A DNA stretch of 64,000 nt, from assembly GCA_016839765.1 (NCBI GenBank), contig JAEOTP010000068.1, positions 1-64,000 on the forward strand, read 5' to 3'. The translations under genes and the position numbers were made by a program. Under the pieces are notes generated by a model. The model ran no database searches and had not been told where the DNA came from. It saw only the letters and a list, made by a program, of their open reading frames with translations. This document shows, piece by piece, positions 46,319 to 55,542 of the stretch. The DNA comes from Promethearchaeota archaeon. GTDB lineage: Archaea; Asgardarchaeota; Lokiarchaeia; Sigyniarchaeales; SOKP01. Position 1 is the first letter of the stretch. Each line of letters starts with the position of its first letter.

Positions 46319-47479
46319 TTGTCCACTATTGTTGCTTTATCATATTTTCACCGAAAAATTGGTCCATTAGTATTCTATTCTTATCCAAGTGTTATGCTAG
46401 ATGACCAGTTGTCAATTAGAATTGCTAATATTATGGATCAGACTGTTAGTGAAGGTTTTTTTACACACTCATTCGAAAATAAAAATTCTATGAATTTTTA
46501 TTTTGAAATACATTCAGATTGGAATCGCGGAAATAAAGAAATGTTAATGATTTCAATTATTCTTGATCGTCATACATCACCAGAGATAGAGCAAAATATT
46601 TCAACACTTTGTACTGAATTCTCTGAAAAACTTCAATCAAATGAGGAAATTTTTACTGCTTTTTACGTAAATGATGTAAATAATTTTGATGAGACTGATA
46701 AAGAGTTAATCTTAAAAAATAATTCTTCAATAAAAACCTGGGTTAAAGAGCTATACTGGGCTACACTCGAAGAAACAAGAGAAAAAAGTGAAGAAGAAAA
46801 AATTGCCATATTATTGAATAAAGAACATATATTTTCAACGTTAAAAAAGCTATCAAAAGGACCTATAACTTTAGAGGGATTGAATGAGTGGTTTAATGAG
46901 ATTTTCCCTGATTTAAATTTCAATGATTTAATTGACCTTTTAGCAGAAAAACAATTTATTTTTATAAACCAAATCGGGATTGTAGAAAAATACATTTTAT
47001 TAGTAAAAGAAGTTAATGCTGAAAGAATACCTCCCGATAGTGTTATCGAGTATATTGATGAGACTCCAGAACAAATCGAAAGAGAACTAATTGACTTACT
47101 AATCCCAAAAGTGCAAGAATATTTTAGTATTTATGAAAATAAAAGCAAAAAAGAACTAGAAGAAGATACTCTAACATTATTCCAGATAATATCTGATGCA
47201 CGAAAATATAACGTTCTTTCAGAATTAAGGAATGGTTTAATATCAAAAGACAAACTTCCGAAGCTTGTTTCAAAGAGAACTCTTGACAACTTAAATACTT
47301 CATTAGATTTTTTGAAAAAATATGATGTCATCGAAGAATTAAAGTATAAAAATGAAACTTATATAGTACTAAAAACAAATATTCAAATTACAACAACATT
47401 TCCCGAATATTTGAGGAAACTTTTACCAAAAGAAAGCAAACCTGTTGTAGCGAAAAAATATATTCCAAAAAATCGCTAA
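46319..47479 (+). CDS. uDENN/longin-domain protein (NPRL2/FLCN-like N-terminus) with probable C-terminal winged helices
   Basis: N-terminal IVALSYFHRKIGPLVFYSYP fits the F-x-x-x-x-GP-x4-5-P longin/uDENN signature; RGNKEMLMISIIL. TTG start after GGAG. Confidence 0.7.
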   Translation: MSTIVALSYFHRKIGPLVFYSYPSVMLDDQLSIRIANIMDQTVSEGFFTHSFENKNSMNFYFEIHSDWNRGNKEMLMISIILDRHTSPEIEQNISTLCTEFSEKLQSNEEIFTAFYVNDVNNFDETDKELILKNNSSIKTWVKELYWATLEETREKSEEEKIAILLNKEHIFSTLKKLSKGPITLEGLNEWFNEIFPDLNFNDLIDLLAEKQFIFINQIGIVEKYILLVKEVNAERIPPDSVIEYIDETPEQIERELIDLLIPKVQEYFSIYENKSKKELEEDTLTLFQIISDARKYNVLSELRNGLISKDKLPKLVSKRTLDNLNTSLDFLKKYDVIEELKYKNETYIVLKTNIQITTTFPEYLRKLLPKESKPVVAKKYIPKNR

Positions 47480-47548
47480 ATCAATCTCTATTTAAGTAGG
47501 TTTTGAATTTTAGAAAATTAATTCAATAAAGAATAATATAGAAGATTT

Positions 47549-47806
47549 GTGATGAAGAAGGGGGATGAATCTCCTGAGGATATAAAATATCTTTTAGGAA
47601 ATATGGGAATTGAAATTCTATATGCGATAGAAAGAGGAGCAAAAGATCTTGAAACAATCAAATTATTTTCGGGAGTTTCAATGGAATGTATTAAAGGAAG
47701 ACTTCCTGTGTTAATGGATCTGAACCTTATTGAAAAAAAAGAAAGAGGCTTTTCTTTAACATTGAAAGGATTTGATTTTAAAAAAAGGATTGAAAAATCT
47801 GATTAA
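47549..47806 (+). CDS. Small winged-helix protein
   Basis: ILYAIERG..DLETIKLFSGVSMECIKGRLPVLMDLNLIE..FSLTLKG is a wHTH pattern. Confidence 0.75.
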   Translation: MMKKGDESPEDIKYLLGNMGIEILYAIERGAKDLETIKLFSGVSMECIKGRLPVLMDLNLIEKKERGFSLTLKGFDFKKRIEKSD

Positions 47807-47892
47807 TTTAAATTTCAGATTGGGGCGACAACGTCATTGCTACGAGCAATAGCTCAAACCACTTGTCATAAGTTCATCATTAATCTAAATTA
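47804..47892 (-). ncRNA. C/D-box sRNA; D guide predicts 2'-O-methylation of 23S rRNA G2251 (E. coli numbering)
   Basis: Minus strand: 11-bp terminal stem TAATTTAGATT/AATTTAAATTA, C box ATGATGA (47880-47874), D' TTGA, C'-like ATGACG, guide TTGTCGCCCCAAT, D box CTGA (47818-47815). Confidence 0.85.
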
Positions 47893-47918
47893 CTGAATAG
47901 ATCTAATTCATTACTTTA

Positions 47919-48377
47919 TTAAACTTTTTTGGAGTAATATTTCCTTTCATAATACCCTGGTTTTTTTGGTCCACCACATTCTTTAATTAACTTCTTTAAT
48001 CCGTCTTTTTTTAGTATTTGGTTTTTAAGTTTTTTATAAAATTCAAGATTAATTTCTTTTCTCTTAAATAAATAATCGAGTATCTCAAGAGCTTCATCAT
48101 CATTAGTACATCTTCTAATGAAATCAATTACCTCTGGATTGTTTAAATCCTCCTTATAATCTTCAGTTTTAGTGAGGTTTGTTGGTTTATTTTTGGATTC
48201 AATATTAAATTTTACTGAATCGATTTTAATCGATTTCTTTTTATTTGAAATTTCTGACATTAGATTAGGAAATTGTTTTTCTAATTCACTTTTTTCATAT
48301 GCGATTTTTAATCCATCAAAATCGATTACTTTTGGCTTTTTTAAAGCATTTTCCTTATCCTTTTGCTTTTTTTCCAT
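47919..48377 (-). CDS. DUF2095-like archaeal protein
   Basis: FPNLMSE, PEVIDFIRRC..DEALEILDYL and GPKKPGYY. Confidence 0.8.
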   Translation of the reverse strand: MEKKQKDKENALKKPKVIDFDGLKIAYEKSELEKQFPNLMSEISNKKKSIKIDSVKFNIESKNKPTNLTKTEDYKEDLNNPEVIDFIRRCTNDDEALEILDYLFKRKEINLEFYKKLKNQILKKDGLKKLIKECGGPKKPGYYERKYYSKKV

Positions 48378-48676
48378 TTATGAGATTAACATCCTCTGGT
48401 ATTATCTTCAAGGAATTATTAATTAAAATAATATAATCAAAAATATATAATTTATTGTCAAGAAAAAAGTATGAATATATAAATTACTGATAAATTCTAA
48501 TAAGAAGCTGGTAAAATTATTAAAGAAATTGAATTTATCTTTATAAAGGATGATAGTTAAGAATGTTTCAAATTAAATAAAGCATTTAAATTCATATCAA
48601 AAAATCTATTAAAATAATAAAATTAATTAGTTTTTCACTATTTCAATAAATATTCTCAATTAATAAAAGAGTAGTT

Positions 48677-49261
48677 ATGAAGTCTGGATATAGCTTTGTA
48701 AAGGAAACTTTCGAGAAGCATGAAACGGGTTATAAAACCCCCCATTGGTATAGAGGAATCGAATATAGGAAAGGAAAATCGATACAGAGTATAGAAAAGC
48801 CAACGAAGCTCCATAGAGCAAGATCATTAGGATATAGAGCGAAACAAGGTTATATCATCGTAAGAGCGAGAATAAGAAAAGGAGGAATGCATAAAGTTAG
48901 ACCTAAACGCGGCAGAAAACCAAGAGCTATGGGAGTTTCAAAATATACAACAGGTAAGAATCTTCAATGGATTGCTGAGGAACGCGTTCAGAGGAAATAT
49001 CCAAACATGCAAGTATTAAATAGTTATAAAATCTATTCTGATGGAAGACATTGGTATTATGAAGTTATTTTAGTTGATCCCAGTCATCCTGTAATAAAAT
49101 CAGATCCAAAAATAAATTGGATATGTGACCCCGCTCATAAAAAAAGAGTTACTCGTGGTTTAACTTCAGCTGGAAAAAGAGCTAGAGGGTTACACAAAAA
49201 AGGGTGGGGATCTGAGAAAACTCGACCAAGTATTTCAGCGAATAAAGGTCGTGGTAAATAA
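48677..49261 (+). CDS. rpl15e: 50S ribosomal protein eL15
   Basis: [42 protein letters not shown] and RGLTSAGK. Confidence 0.98.
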   Translation: MKSGYSFVKETFEKHETGYKTPHWYRGIEYRKGKSIQSIEKPTKLHRARSLGYRAKQGYIIVRARIRKGGMHKVRPKRGRKPRAMGVSKYTTGKNLQWIAEERVQRKYPNMQVLNSYKIYSDGRHWYYEVILVDPSHPVIKSDPKINWICDPAHKKRVTRGLTSAGKRARGLHKKGWGSEKTRPSISANKGRGK

Positions 49262-49287
49262 AATTTACTGATTTCTGATTTTTTTAA

Positions 49288-49351
49288 TTCATGCTAACCT
49301 TCAATAGTTTTAAGACATGAGCTTTAAAACTGTATTTTGATTTGCAATGAA
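49288..49351. terminator. Long imperfect hairpin between convergent genes, after a T-tract
   Basis: TTCATGC..TCAA TAGTTTTAAG-ACATGAG-CTTTAAAACTG..TTGA..GCAATGAA, preceded by T7 downstream of rpl15e. Confidence 0.4.
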
Positions 49352-49354
49352 ATG

Positions 49355-52300
49355 TTAATTTTCTCTTTTTTCTCCATACAACAAATCTGGATAAATTGGT
49401 TCAAATTTTTCATTAAAAAGTTTATGATTCATCCAAATTTTATCTTTATCATTCCAAATAAGGTTCTTTAAAGGATTATAAGAGTCTAGGAACTCTAAAT
49501 TATCATAAACGGACTTTAACAATTGTTTTCCATCAACTAAATCAGTTAATATTAGATAATGCTTAATATTAAAATACTGAAATATGAGATCGAACACCTC
49601 AAAAAATTCATCCAGTTCACATCTTGGGAACCATATTTCGAGTAAGAGTCCATTTTCGAATGATTTTACATCCTCAAATCCATAAATAAAAAATTCTCCT
49701 TCAATCTCATAGATATGACACATATTAAAAAAGCTAAATATTTTGATAATTTTCTCATTAAACTCCTTCTTAACGTTAGGTAAAATAATTGAAACTTTAT
49801 CTTCAAAATCCAAATTTTTTAATGACAGATAAGGAAAAATCAATTTTTTTTTCAAAAGGTCTCTTATAAAATTAATGGTCTCATGTTTTTTCGTGCCTAA
49901 GTATGATTTAATATCAATAGAATGAGTATTATATATCTGAGTTAAAGCTTCATATTCTTGAGTATCTTGTCCATAAATATTATATTCGGATTTTTCACTT
50001 ATGTCAAATTCTCTTACTCCTGATATCTTTGGATCATAAGTCAGGTTGAATAAAACATCTTGTATATAAGATTTAAATCTAATTGATGAGTAATTCCAGC
50101 CTTCTTTTGATAGGTTGCGATTAAAGTGAAGTATTTCAAAAAATTGCTTCTTATAGAACAGACAATATTCAGAAACAATCTTTTTTGATTTTGCAAGCCA
50201 ATTCAAATAAGTCTTATTAGGATTTCTGAGTGGAAAAATGAATTCAGAATAAACGGCTTGGTTAGATTCGATACACGCAGGATACTTAATCTTTTGGTAT
50301 GAATTTATAAATAAAAGTCTGAAATCAATTTCAAAAGTCTGAGATCTATAAAAAAATGGACGAAAATATAAATGATATTGAGAAAAACCGAATTTCTGAA
50401 ATGCAGGGAGAAATTTTATTGATTTTATATATCTCTCGAAGAAAGCTTTAGCTCTAAAATCTACAAAATTATCACGATCAATCAAATTGGTATCTAAATT
50501 TTTTCTAAAATCTGAAAAATCATCTATCTCTCTCAAATTGAAATCTATTTTTTGGTGTGAAATTCTATTATTTACTGTCTTTACCAAATTATCCATATTT
50601 TGTTTGTTGGACCAGAAAACTTCCTGTACATCATTATTCAATAGATATTTAGGCCACTCCATTTTTTTACCAAAAATTCTTTGAGCATATGATCTTGTTT
50701 CCTTAAATATATCTTCTGAATATAAAAACGCTCCCTTTTCAAAATCATAAAAATCTCTTGCCTCAAATTTCACTCGTCTCATAACACCTCTCCAAAAGCA
50801 CCGGTTGAGCTTAATAATATCATCCTTAAAATAAGAATAGAACAATGATAAGAAAAGCTTTTTTTCTTTAATGTTTATAAAATAAATTAACAACCGAATG
50901 AAATTCTTGTTGGTAAATAGTTCTTTAGATTTATATATAAATATCCTTGGAAAATAAAGTTTTAAATCTTCAAGTTTCTTATGAACCGCGGACGAATCTT
51001 CTATTAATATTTCAGAATAATATTTCAAAAATGTAATATTATAAATTGTATTTGTTACAAAGGGCTTTATTACAGGAGGATCATAGCTCACAAAAGTCTC
51101 AATCCAAGCCTCAATCTTCTCATTGGTGATTTTATATGAGGTTGCATTTTTGAATATTTTCCGATATTTTTTTTCTCTTGTACGGTAAATCTCTTCAGCT
51201 ATATTAGGTTCTTTAATAATCAGTTTTACCTTATTTAAATTTAGAATTTTTAGATTATAACAAGAATTTAGCATATTGTAATAACTTTGAATCTTCTCCA
51301 CTTCTTTTTCGAAAAGGCCTCTGGATTGAAAAAATAATGGGAAAACATCCCGTAAAACGATCTTTTCAACTTTTTTATTATATATAAGTATTTGATCTTC
51401 AATATCTTGAGAGATTAATGTGGTAAGTAGGAATGTTTTTAGTTGATTTATTTTTCTAATTTCAGGATATCTTTTTAAAACCTCTTCAAGTAAGTGTATA
51501 TAGTTTAAAATTTGATTTAGATGAGAATATGCTTGAAAAAATCCATAATCTTTATGTTTTTCTAAATAATGTAGAAATTGCGGTTTATATTTAATAACAT
51601 TATTTAAATTGTTTTTAAACTCTTTAGTAATACTATTTTGCTTTAGTAATTCATTTTTGATATCTTCTTTTATTGTATTTAGGGTTTCGATTCTTTTATC
51701 AAAGGTTAAACCAGTAATTGAGGGATATTTTACACGCTCTAACATGGTGTAATCAAAAATGGAAAGGGGAAGAAGTTGAGATACAGGTGAATAGTCCATT
51801 ATAAATTCAATTTCAAATTTTTTCTCATACTTACTGTTATTAAGATCAATAATTTTTCTTATATTTGCAATGTCCATATAATAGTTTAGATTTATAAAAT
51901 CTATCTTGTGTAAGACACACAGAAATTTTTTATCTATAATATATCCAAACTCTTCTAACCAATTAAAATAGCTTAGAAAATCTTCTAAGTATACGTAAGG
52001 GACATGAAATGTCACGGATAGTTCTAATGCAAAACTATTTACTTTTACTTTTGATAAATAAAAAAAGGGGATTTCTTCTATCAGAGTTTTGATTTTGGGT
52101 TTCTCTAAAAGAGGATTAAACTTTAAAAAGGTATTAATTGTATAGAACCCAATTATACTATAGTTATAATCATAAGAAGGTGCGATAGAAGAGCATTTAT
52201 TAATCCATTGCATGCTTTCGGTAAATTTTCTTATACTTAACTCCGAAATTATCTGATTTTTTTCCTTATATTTCTTGAAAAGAGTCTGATAATCTATTAA

Positions 52301-52984
52301 ATTTAAATATAATTTGGTTTCATAGAAAATCTGGATTATTATCCTCAATGTTTCTATAATATCTGGGTTAAATAAAGATTGTGAAGTCTTATAGGCATAC
52401 CCTTCAAAAATGATATCATAAAACCTGTCAATATTGTCATTTTGGCACATTAATTTATTTTCTCTTATCTCCCTGAAGAAATATTGAGTTGCACTCTCAA
52501 ATGGAGCTTGTGCCTTAATTTTAAAAAATTTTTGAAGTCTATCTAATTCAGAATCAATAAATTTTTTATCCACTAAAGAATCTCTGATTAATTTCTTCCA
52601 ATTTTTAAACCCTGAGAGTCTATTGAGGTCATTTTCTACAATTTGATTGATACATATTTTCACAAGTTCACTTGCTCGTTTATCGATAAAACAATAATAA
52701 CCTTCTCTCAAAAGGATAAATGGCAGAAAATCTTTAGTATAATTAATAAGATTTATTACTATCTTATCATTATGATAATTTCTCTTTACACCAAAATCAA
52801 AAACCGAAGCTGTCTCTTTTTTTTTATGAGTCTCCTCTATAACTAACTTTACATTATGGTATATGGGCTGTAACTTAAGAGTGGCTTCTAAATCAGATAA
52901 TAATATATTAAAGAACCGCTGGATTTGATTATTATCTTTCTCATAAGATAAAGCTTCAAGAAAATTAAAGTCTGAAAATTGCAC
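49355..52984 (-). CDS. Large (1209 aa) hypothetical protein with internally repeated Lrp/AsnC-like modules
   Basis: Long uninterrupted ORF. Repeated linker-like motifs IAPSYDYNYSIIGF, IKFLPAFQKFGF and IFPYLSLKNLDF, each followed by ferredoxin-like beta-alpha patterns. The domain call is tentative. Confidence 0.75.
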   Translation of the reverse strand: MQFSDFNFLEALSYEKDNNQIQRFFNILLSDLEATLKLQPIYHNVKLVIEETHKKKETASVFDFGVKRNYHNDKIVINLINYTKDFLPFILLREGYYCFIDKRASELVKICINQIVENDLNRLSGFKNWKKLIRDSLVDKKFIDSELDRLQKFFKIKAQAPFESATQYFFREIRENKLMCQNDNIDRFYDIIFEGYAYKTSQSLFNPDIIETLRIIIQIFYETKLYLNLIDYQTLFKKYKEKNQIISELSIRKFTESMQWINKCSSIAPSYDYNYSIIGFYTINTFLKFNPLLEKPKIKTLIEEIPFFYLSKVKVNSFALELSVTFHVPYVYLEDFLSYFNWLEEFGYIIDKKFLCVLHKIDFINLNYYMDIANIRKIIDLNNSKYEKKFEIEFIMDYSPVSQLLPLSIFDYTMLERVKYPSITGLTFDKRIETLNTIKEDIKNELLKQNSITKEFKNNLNNVIKYKPQFLHYLEKHKDYGFFQAYSHLNQILNYIHLLEEVLKRYPEIRKINQLKTFLLTTLISQDIEDQILIYNKKVEKIVLRDVFPLFFQSRGLFEKEVEKIQSYYNMLNSCYNLKILNLNKVKLIIKEPNIAEEIYRTREKKYRKIFKNATSYKITNEKIEAWIETFVSYDPPVIKPFVTNTIYNITFLKYYSEILIEDSSAVHKKLEDLKLYFPRIFIYKSKELFTNKNFIRLLIYFINIKEKKLFLSLFYSYFKDDIIKLNRCFWRGVMRRVKFEARDFYDFEKGAFLYSEDIFKETRSYAQRIFGKKMEWPKYLLNNDVQEVFWSNKQNMDNLVKTVNNRISHQKIDFNLREIDDFSDFRKNLDTNLIDRDNFVDFRAKAFFERYIKSIKFLPAFQKFGFSQYHLYFRPFFYRSQTFEIDFRLLFINSYQKIKYPACIESNQAVYSEFIFPLRNPNKTYLNWLAKSKKIVSEYCLFYKKQFFEILHFNRNLSKEGWNYSSIRFKSYIQDVLFNLTYDPKISGVREFDISEKSEYNIYGQDTQEYEALTQIYNTHSIDIKSYLGTKKHETINFIRDLLKKKLIFPYLSLKNLDFEDKVSIILPNVKKEFNEKIIKIFSFFNMCHIYEIEGEFFIYGFEDVKSFENGLLLEIWFPRCELDEFFEVFDLIFQYFNIKHYLILTDLVDGKQLLKSVYDNLEFLDSYNPLKNLIWNDKDKIWMNHKLFNEKFEPIYPDLLYGEKREN

Positions 52985-53347
52985 TTATTCAAGTACCTTT
53001 ATAATATATATAATATATACTTCTTGCACTTCAATCATATTTAAAATTTTGGTTAATGGGACTTGTAAAAAACTTCTTGTTGGCATAAAAAAATTTTGCT
53101 TCTTTCTAGAGACTTTTGCAAGGTCAAAATTGATATTTTGCTACATTGAATGATCCTTGACAGATTTTAGAGTCAAGCCCAATTGTTATATATACTATAG
53201 AAGTTGTTAAATTTATCATCAACTAAATTCAGTAAAAAATTAATTTTTTTCAGTTCACTTTAAAAACGTGAATGAAAATATATTGTTACCAGTTGTTAAT
53301 GGTGTAGAGGTATATTAAAATGCCTGCTGGAGTGGGAGATGGTTAAG

Positions 53348-53420
53348 TACTTTTAGAATCCTCAACACTAAATCGATGTTCAAACATAAATTAACGTCAA
53401 TATAAAGGATTCTAAAAATA
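53348..53420. repeat. 15-bp inverted repeat (1 mismatch) around a 43-bp spacer
   Basis: TACTTTTAGAATCCT (53348-53362) ... AGGATTCTAAAAATA (53406-53420). Confidence 0.6.
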
Positions 53421-53527
53421 TTTCTTATTTTTTTTAATTATCCCTTAGCATATAAAATTCATTATTACTCAATGAGTTTTTAAATATTTACTTAAACAAC
53501 TTAGTAAAATAATTATTACGTTAAAAA

Positions 53528-54697
53528 ATGATTAATAAATCAAATTTGTTTATCTATTTTTACACATATTTTAGCGCGGATATGATATTTGTCTATACAA
53601 GAAGTTATTTACCTATTTACTTTTCAAATATAATTAAAATTGACACTACTCAGCTTTCTTTTGTCCTATTTTTATCTTATTTAGCATTGTTATTGCGCCC
53701 TCCTATATCAATTTACTTTGATCGAAAAAATTCAAAACGAAAATTCTTAGTGATTCTTAGTGGATTTGCGATTTTAGTGAGTTTTTCGCTATTACTTTTT
53801 AACTTACAATCAACATTATTATTTGGTGTTTTCTATGCTATTTTATTGGCATTTATATCGATTTCTTCTGTAGGTGTTAATAAAATTATGATTTCCAGAT
53901 CACCAGACATCAATAGCAAGAATAAAAATGCTTTACTTATTCAAATTGGGGCAATATCAGGAAGCTTGTTTCCTATTTTTATCTTTTTAATAAGTGTGGA
54001 TTCATTGTCTAATTGGAGTATTTTTTTTATCATGGGAATTATTTTTACAGCTCCGCTTTTATTGTTCTATTTTTTTTTAAAAGAGAAGCCTTATGACAAT
54101 TATCATGAAATAGAAGAAAAACCAACTAAAAGTTCAATTAATAAAAAACCTATTATTTTGGTATCCTTATTTCTATTTTTAGCTTATTCAGATAGATTAT
54201 TTTCATACTCAATAAAGCCCTGGATTTCAACTCAAACTAGTATTACATTTTTTTCAATCTTATGGTTTATTTTAATCTTGATTTACACTTTTGGGAATAT
54301 TATTGGTGGTATTTTTCTTAAAAAGTTGAACTGTAAAAAGATTCTCATTATCACAACCTTGATTATTGGGACTATTCTCTTTTTGGTACCTTTTACTAAT
54401 TTTTCATTATTCCTGGTGATTTATGGAGCTTACTTTTTTGTATCCGGTTTGTTCTTAATAAAACTGATTCCTTATAAAATGGAGCTTGCTCAAAATAGAG
54501 TCTTTTATTATCAGTTAATGACAATGTTTAGTATCTTAGCAAGTATCATTTTTATTCCGGTGGGGACGTACCTTTATAAATATATAGAAACAGAAATTAT
54601 CATCATGATTTCAGGAATCTTGATAATATTATCCATTATTCCTTTTTATTTTGTTAAAATAAATGAAGAAGAAGGTTCAATTTTCATAAAAAAATAA
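53528..54697 (+). CDS. MFS transporter (AmpG/BT1-like, divergent)
   Basis: About 12 TM in a 6+6 arrangement; LRPPISIYFDRK..RK motif-A variant. Confidence 0.85.
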   Translation: MINKSNLFIYFYTYFSADMIFVYTRSYLPIYFSNIIKIDTTQLSFVLFLSYLALLLRPPISIYFDRKNSKRKFLVILSGFAILVSFSLLLFNLQSTLLFGVFYAILLAFISISSVGVNKIMISRSPDINSKNKNALLIQIGAISGSLFPIFIFLISVDSLSNWSIFFIMGIIFTAPLLLFYFFLKEKPYDNYHEIEEKPTKSSINKKPIILVSLFLFLAYSDRLFSYSIKPWISTQTSITFFSILWFILILIYTFGNIIGGIFLKKLNCKKILIITTLIIGTILFLVPFTNFSLFLVIYGAYFFVSGLFLIKLIPYKMELAQNRVFYYQLMTMFSILASIIFIPVGTYLYKYIETEIIIMISGILIILSIIPFYFVKINEEEGSIFIKK

Positions 54698-54719
54698 ATG
54701 AAGAAACTTAACTAATTCT

Positions 54720-55529
54720 TCACAATTTGTTAATACTTACAGTCATACCGCCATCTAAAATAATATTTTGTCCAGTTATATAATCAGCTGCTGGAGATGC
54801 TAAAAATAAGGCAACATCAGCAACATCAGTCGTTTCACCAATTCTGTTTATAGGAAGAGAGACTTTTCTTAATTTCATCCATTCCTTAATAAATTCTCGG
54901 CTTTCGTAAATCGGAGTAAAAAAGATACCCGGACAAATAGCATTCACGGTAATGTTATTAGCTCCTAGTTCAAGAGCCCACAGTTTAGTGAACATGATAA
55001 GTGCTGCCTTACTTGCGCTGTATATTCCAATAAAAGGATTGGCTCCACAATCTGTACCAGCACACGATGTAATGTTAATAAGTTTTCCTGTGATTGGTTT
55101 AAAAGTCTGGTTTCTCATCTTTTTAGAAAACACTTTTGTCATATTCCATGCTCCTTTTACGTTTACATTCATTATTCTATCATATTCTGCTTCCTTTGCA
55201 ACCAGTGAGAAACTACTTGCTTTTTTTCCAATTCCTCGTACTCCCGCATTATTTACTAATATATATACATTATCAAATTGACTAAAGACTTGCTTACTCA
55301 TTTGCTTGACTTCTTCAAAATTAGAAATATCTGCTTTAGCTAATAAAATATCAGTTTTTATTGATTTTAAAATGAGATCACGCGTTTCTTTAAGATTATC
55401 CAAATTAATATCGTTTATAACTAAATTAGCTCCTTTATTTGCAAAAGCAATTGCCATTTCGCGACCAAATCCACTTCCTGCCCCCGTTACAAGAGCTACT
55501 CTTCCCTTTAAAAATTTTTCATTAAAAAT
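54720..55529 (-). CDS. Short-chain dehydrogenase/reductase (FabG-like); extended 5' of the ORF-track start to include the Rossmann motif
   Basis: In frame upstream of ATG 55457: IFNEKFLKGRVALVTGAGSGFGRE. Also NNAG, YSASK, NAICPG and ITGQNIILDGG. Confidence 0.9.
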   Translation of the reverse strand: MFNEKFLKGRVALVTGAGSGFGREMAIAFANKGANLVINDINLDNLKETRDLILKSIKTDILLAKADISNFEEVKQMSKQVFSQFDNVYILVNNAGVRGIGKKASSFSLVAKEAEYDRIMNVNVKGAWNMTKVFSKKMRNQTFKPITGKLINITSCAGTDCGANPFIGIYSASKAALIMFTKLWALELGANNITVNAICPGIFFTPIYESREFIKEWMKLRKVSLPINRIGETTDVADVALFLASPAADYITGQNIILDGGMTVSINKL

Positions 55530-55542
55530 TTATCCTCCCCTC

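Noticed and set aside
53280-53370. ORF fragment NACWSGRWLSTF reminiscent of an actin capping-protein motif
   Set aside because: Interrupted by a stop and only ~12 residues long; chance similarity cannot be excluded.
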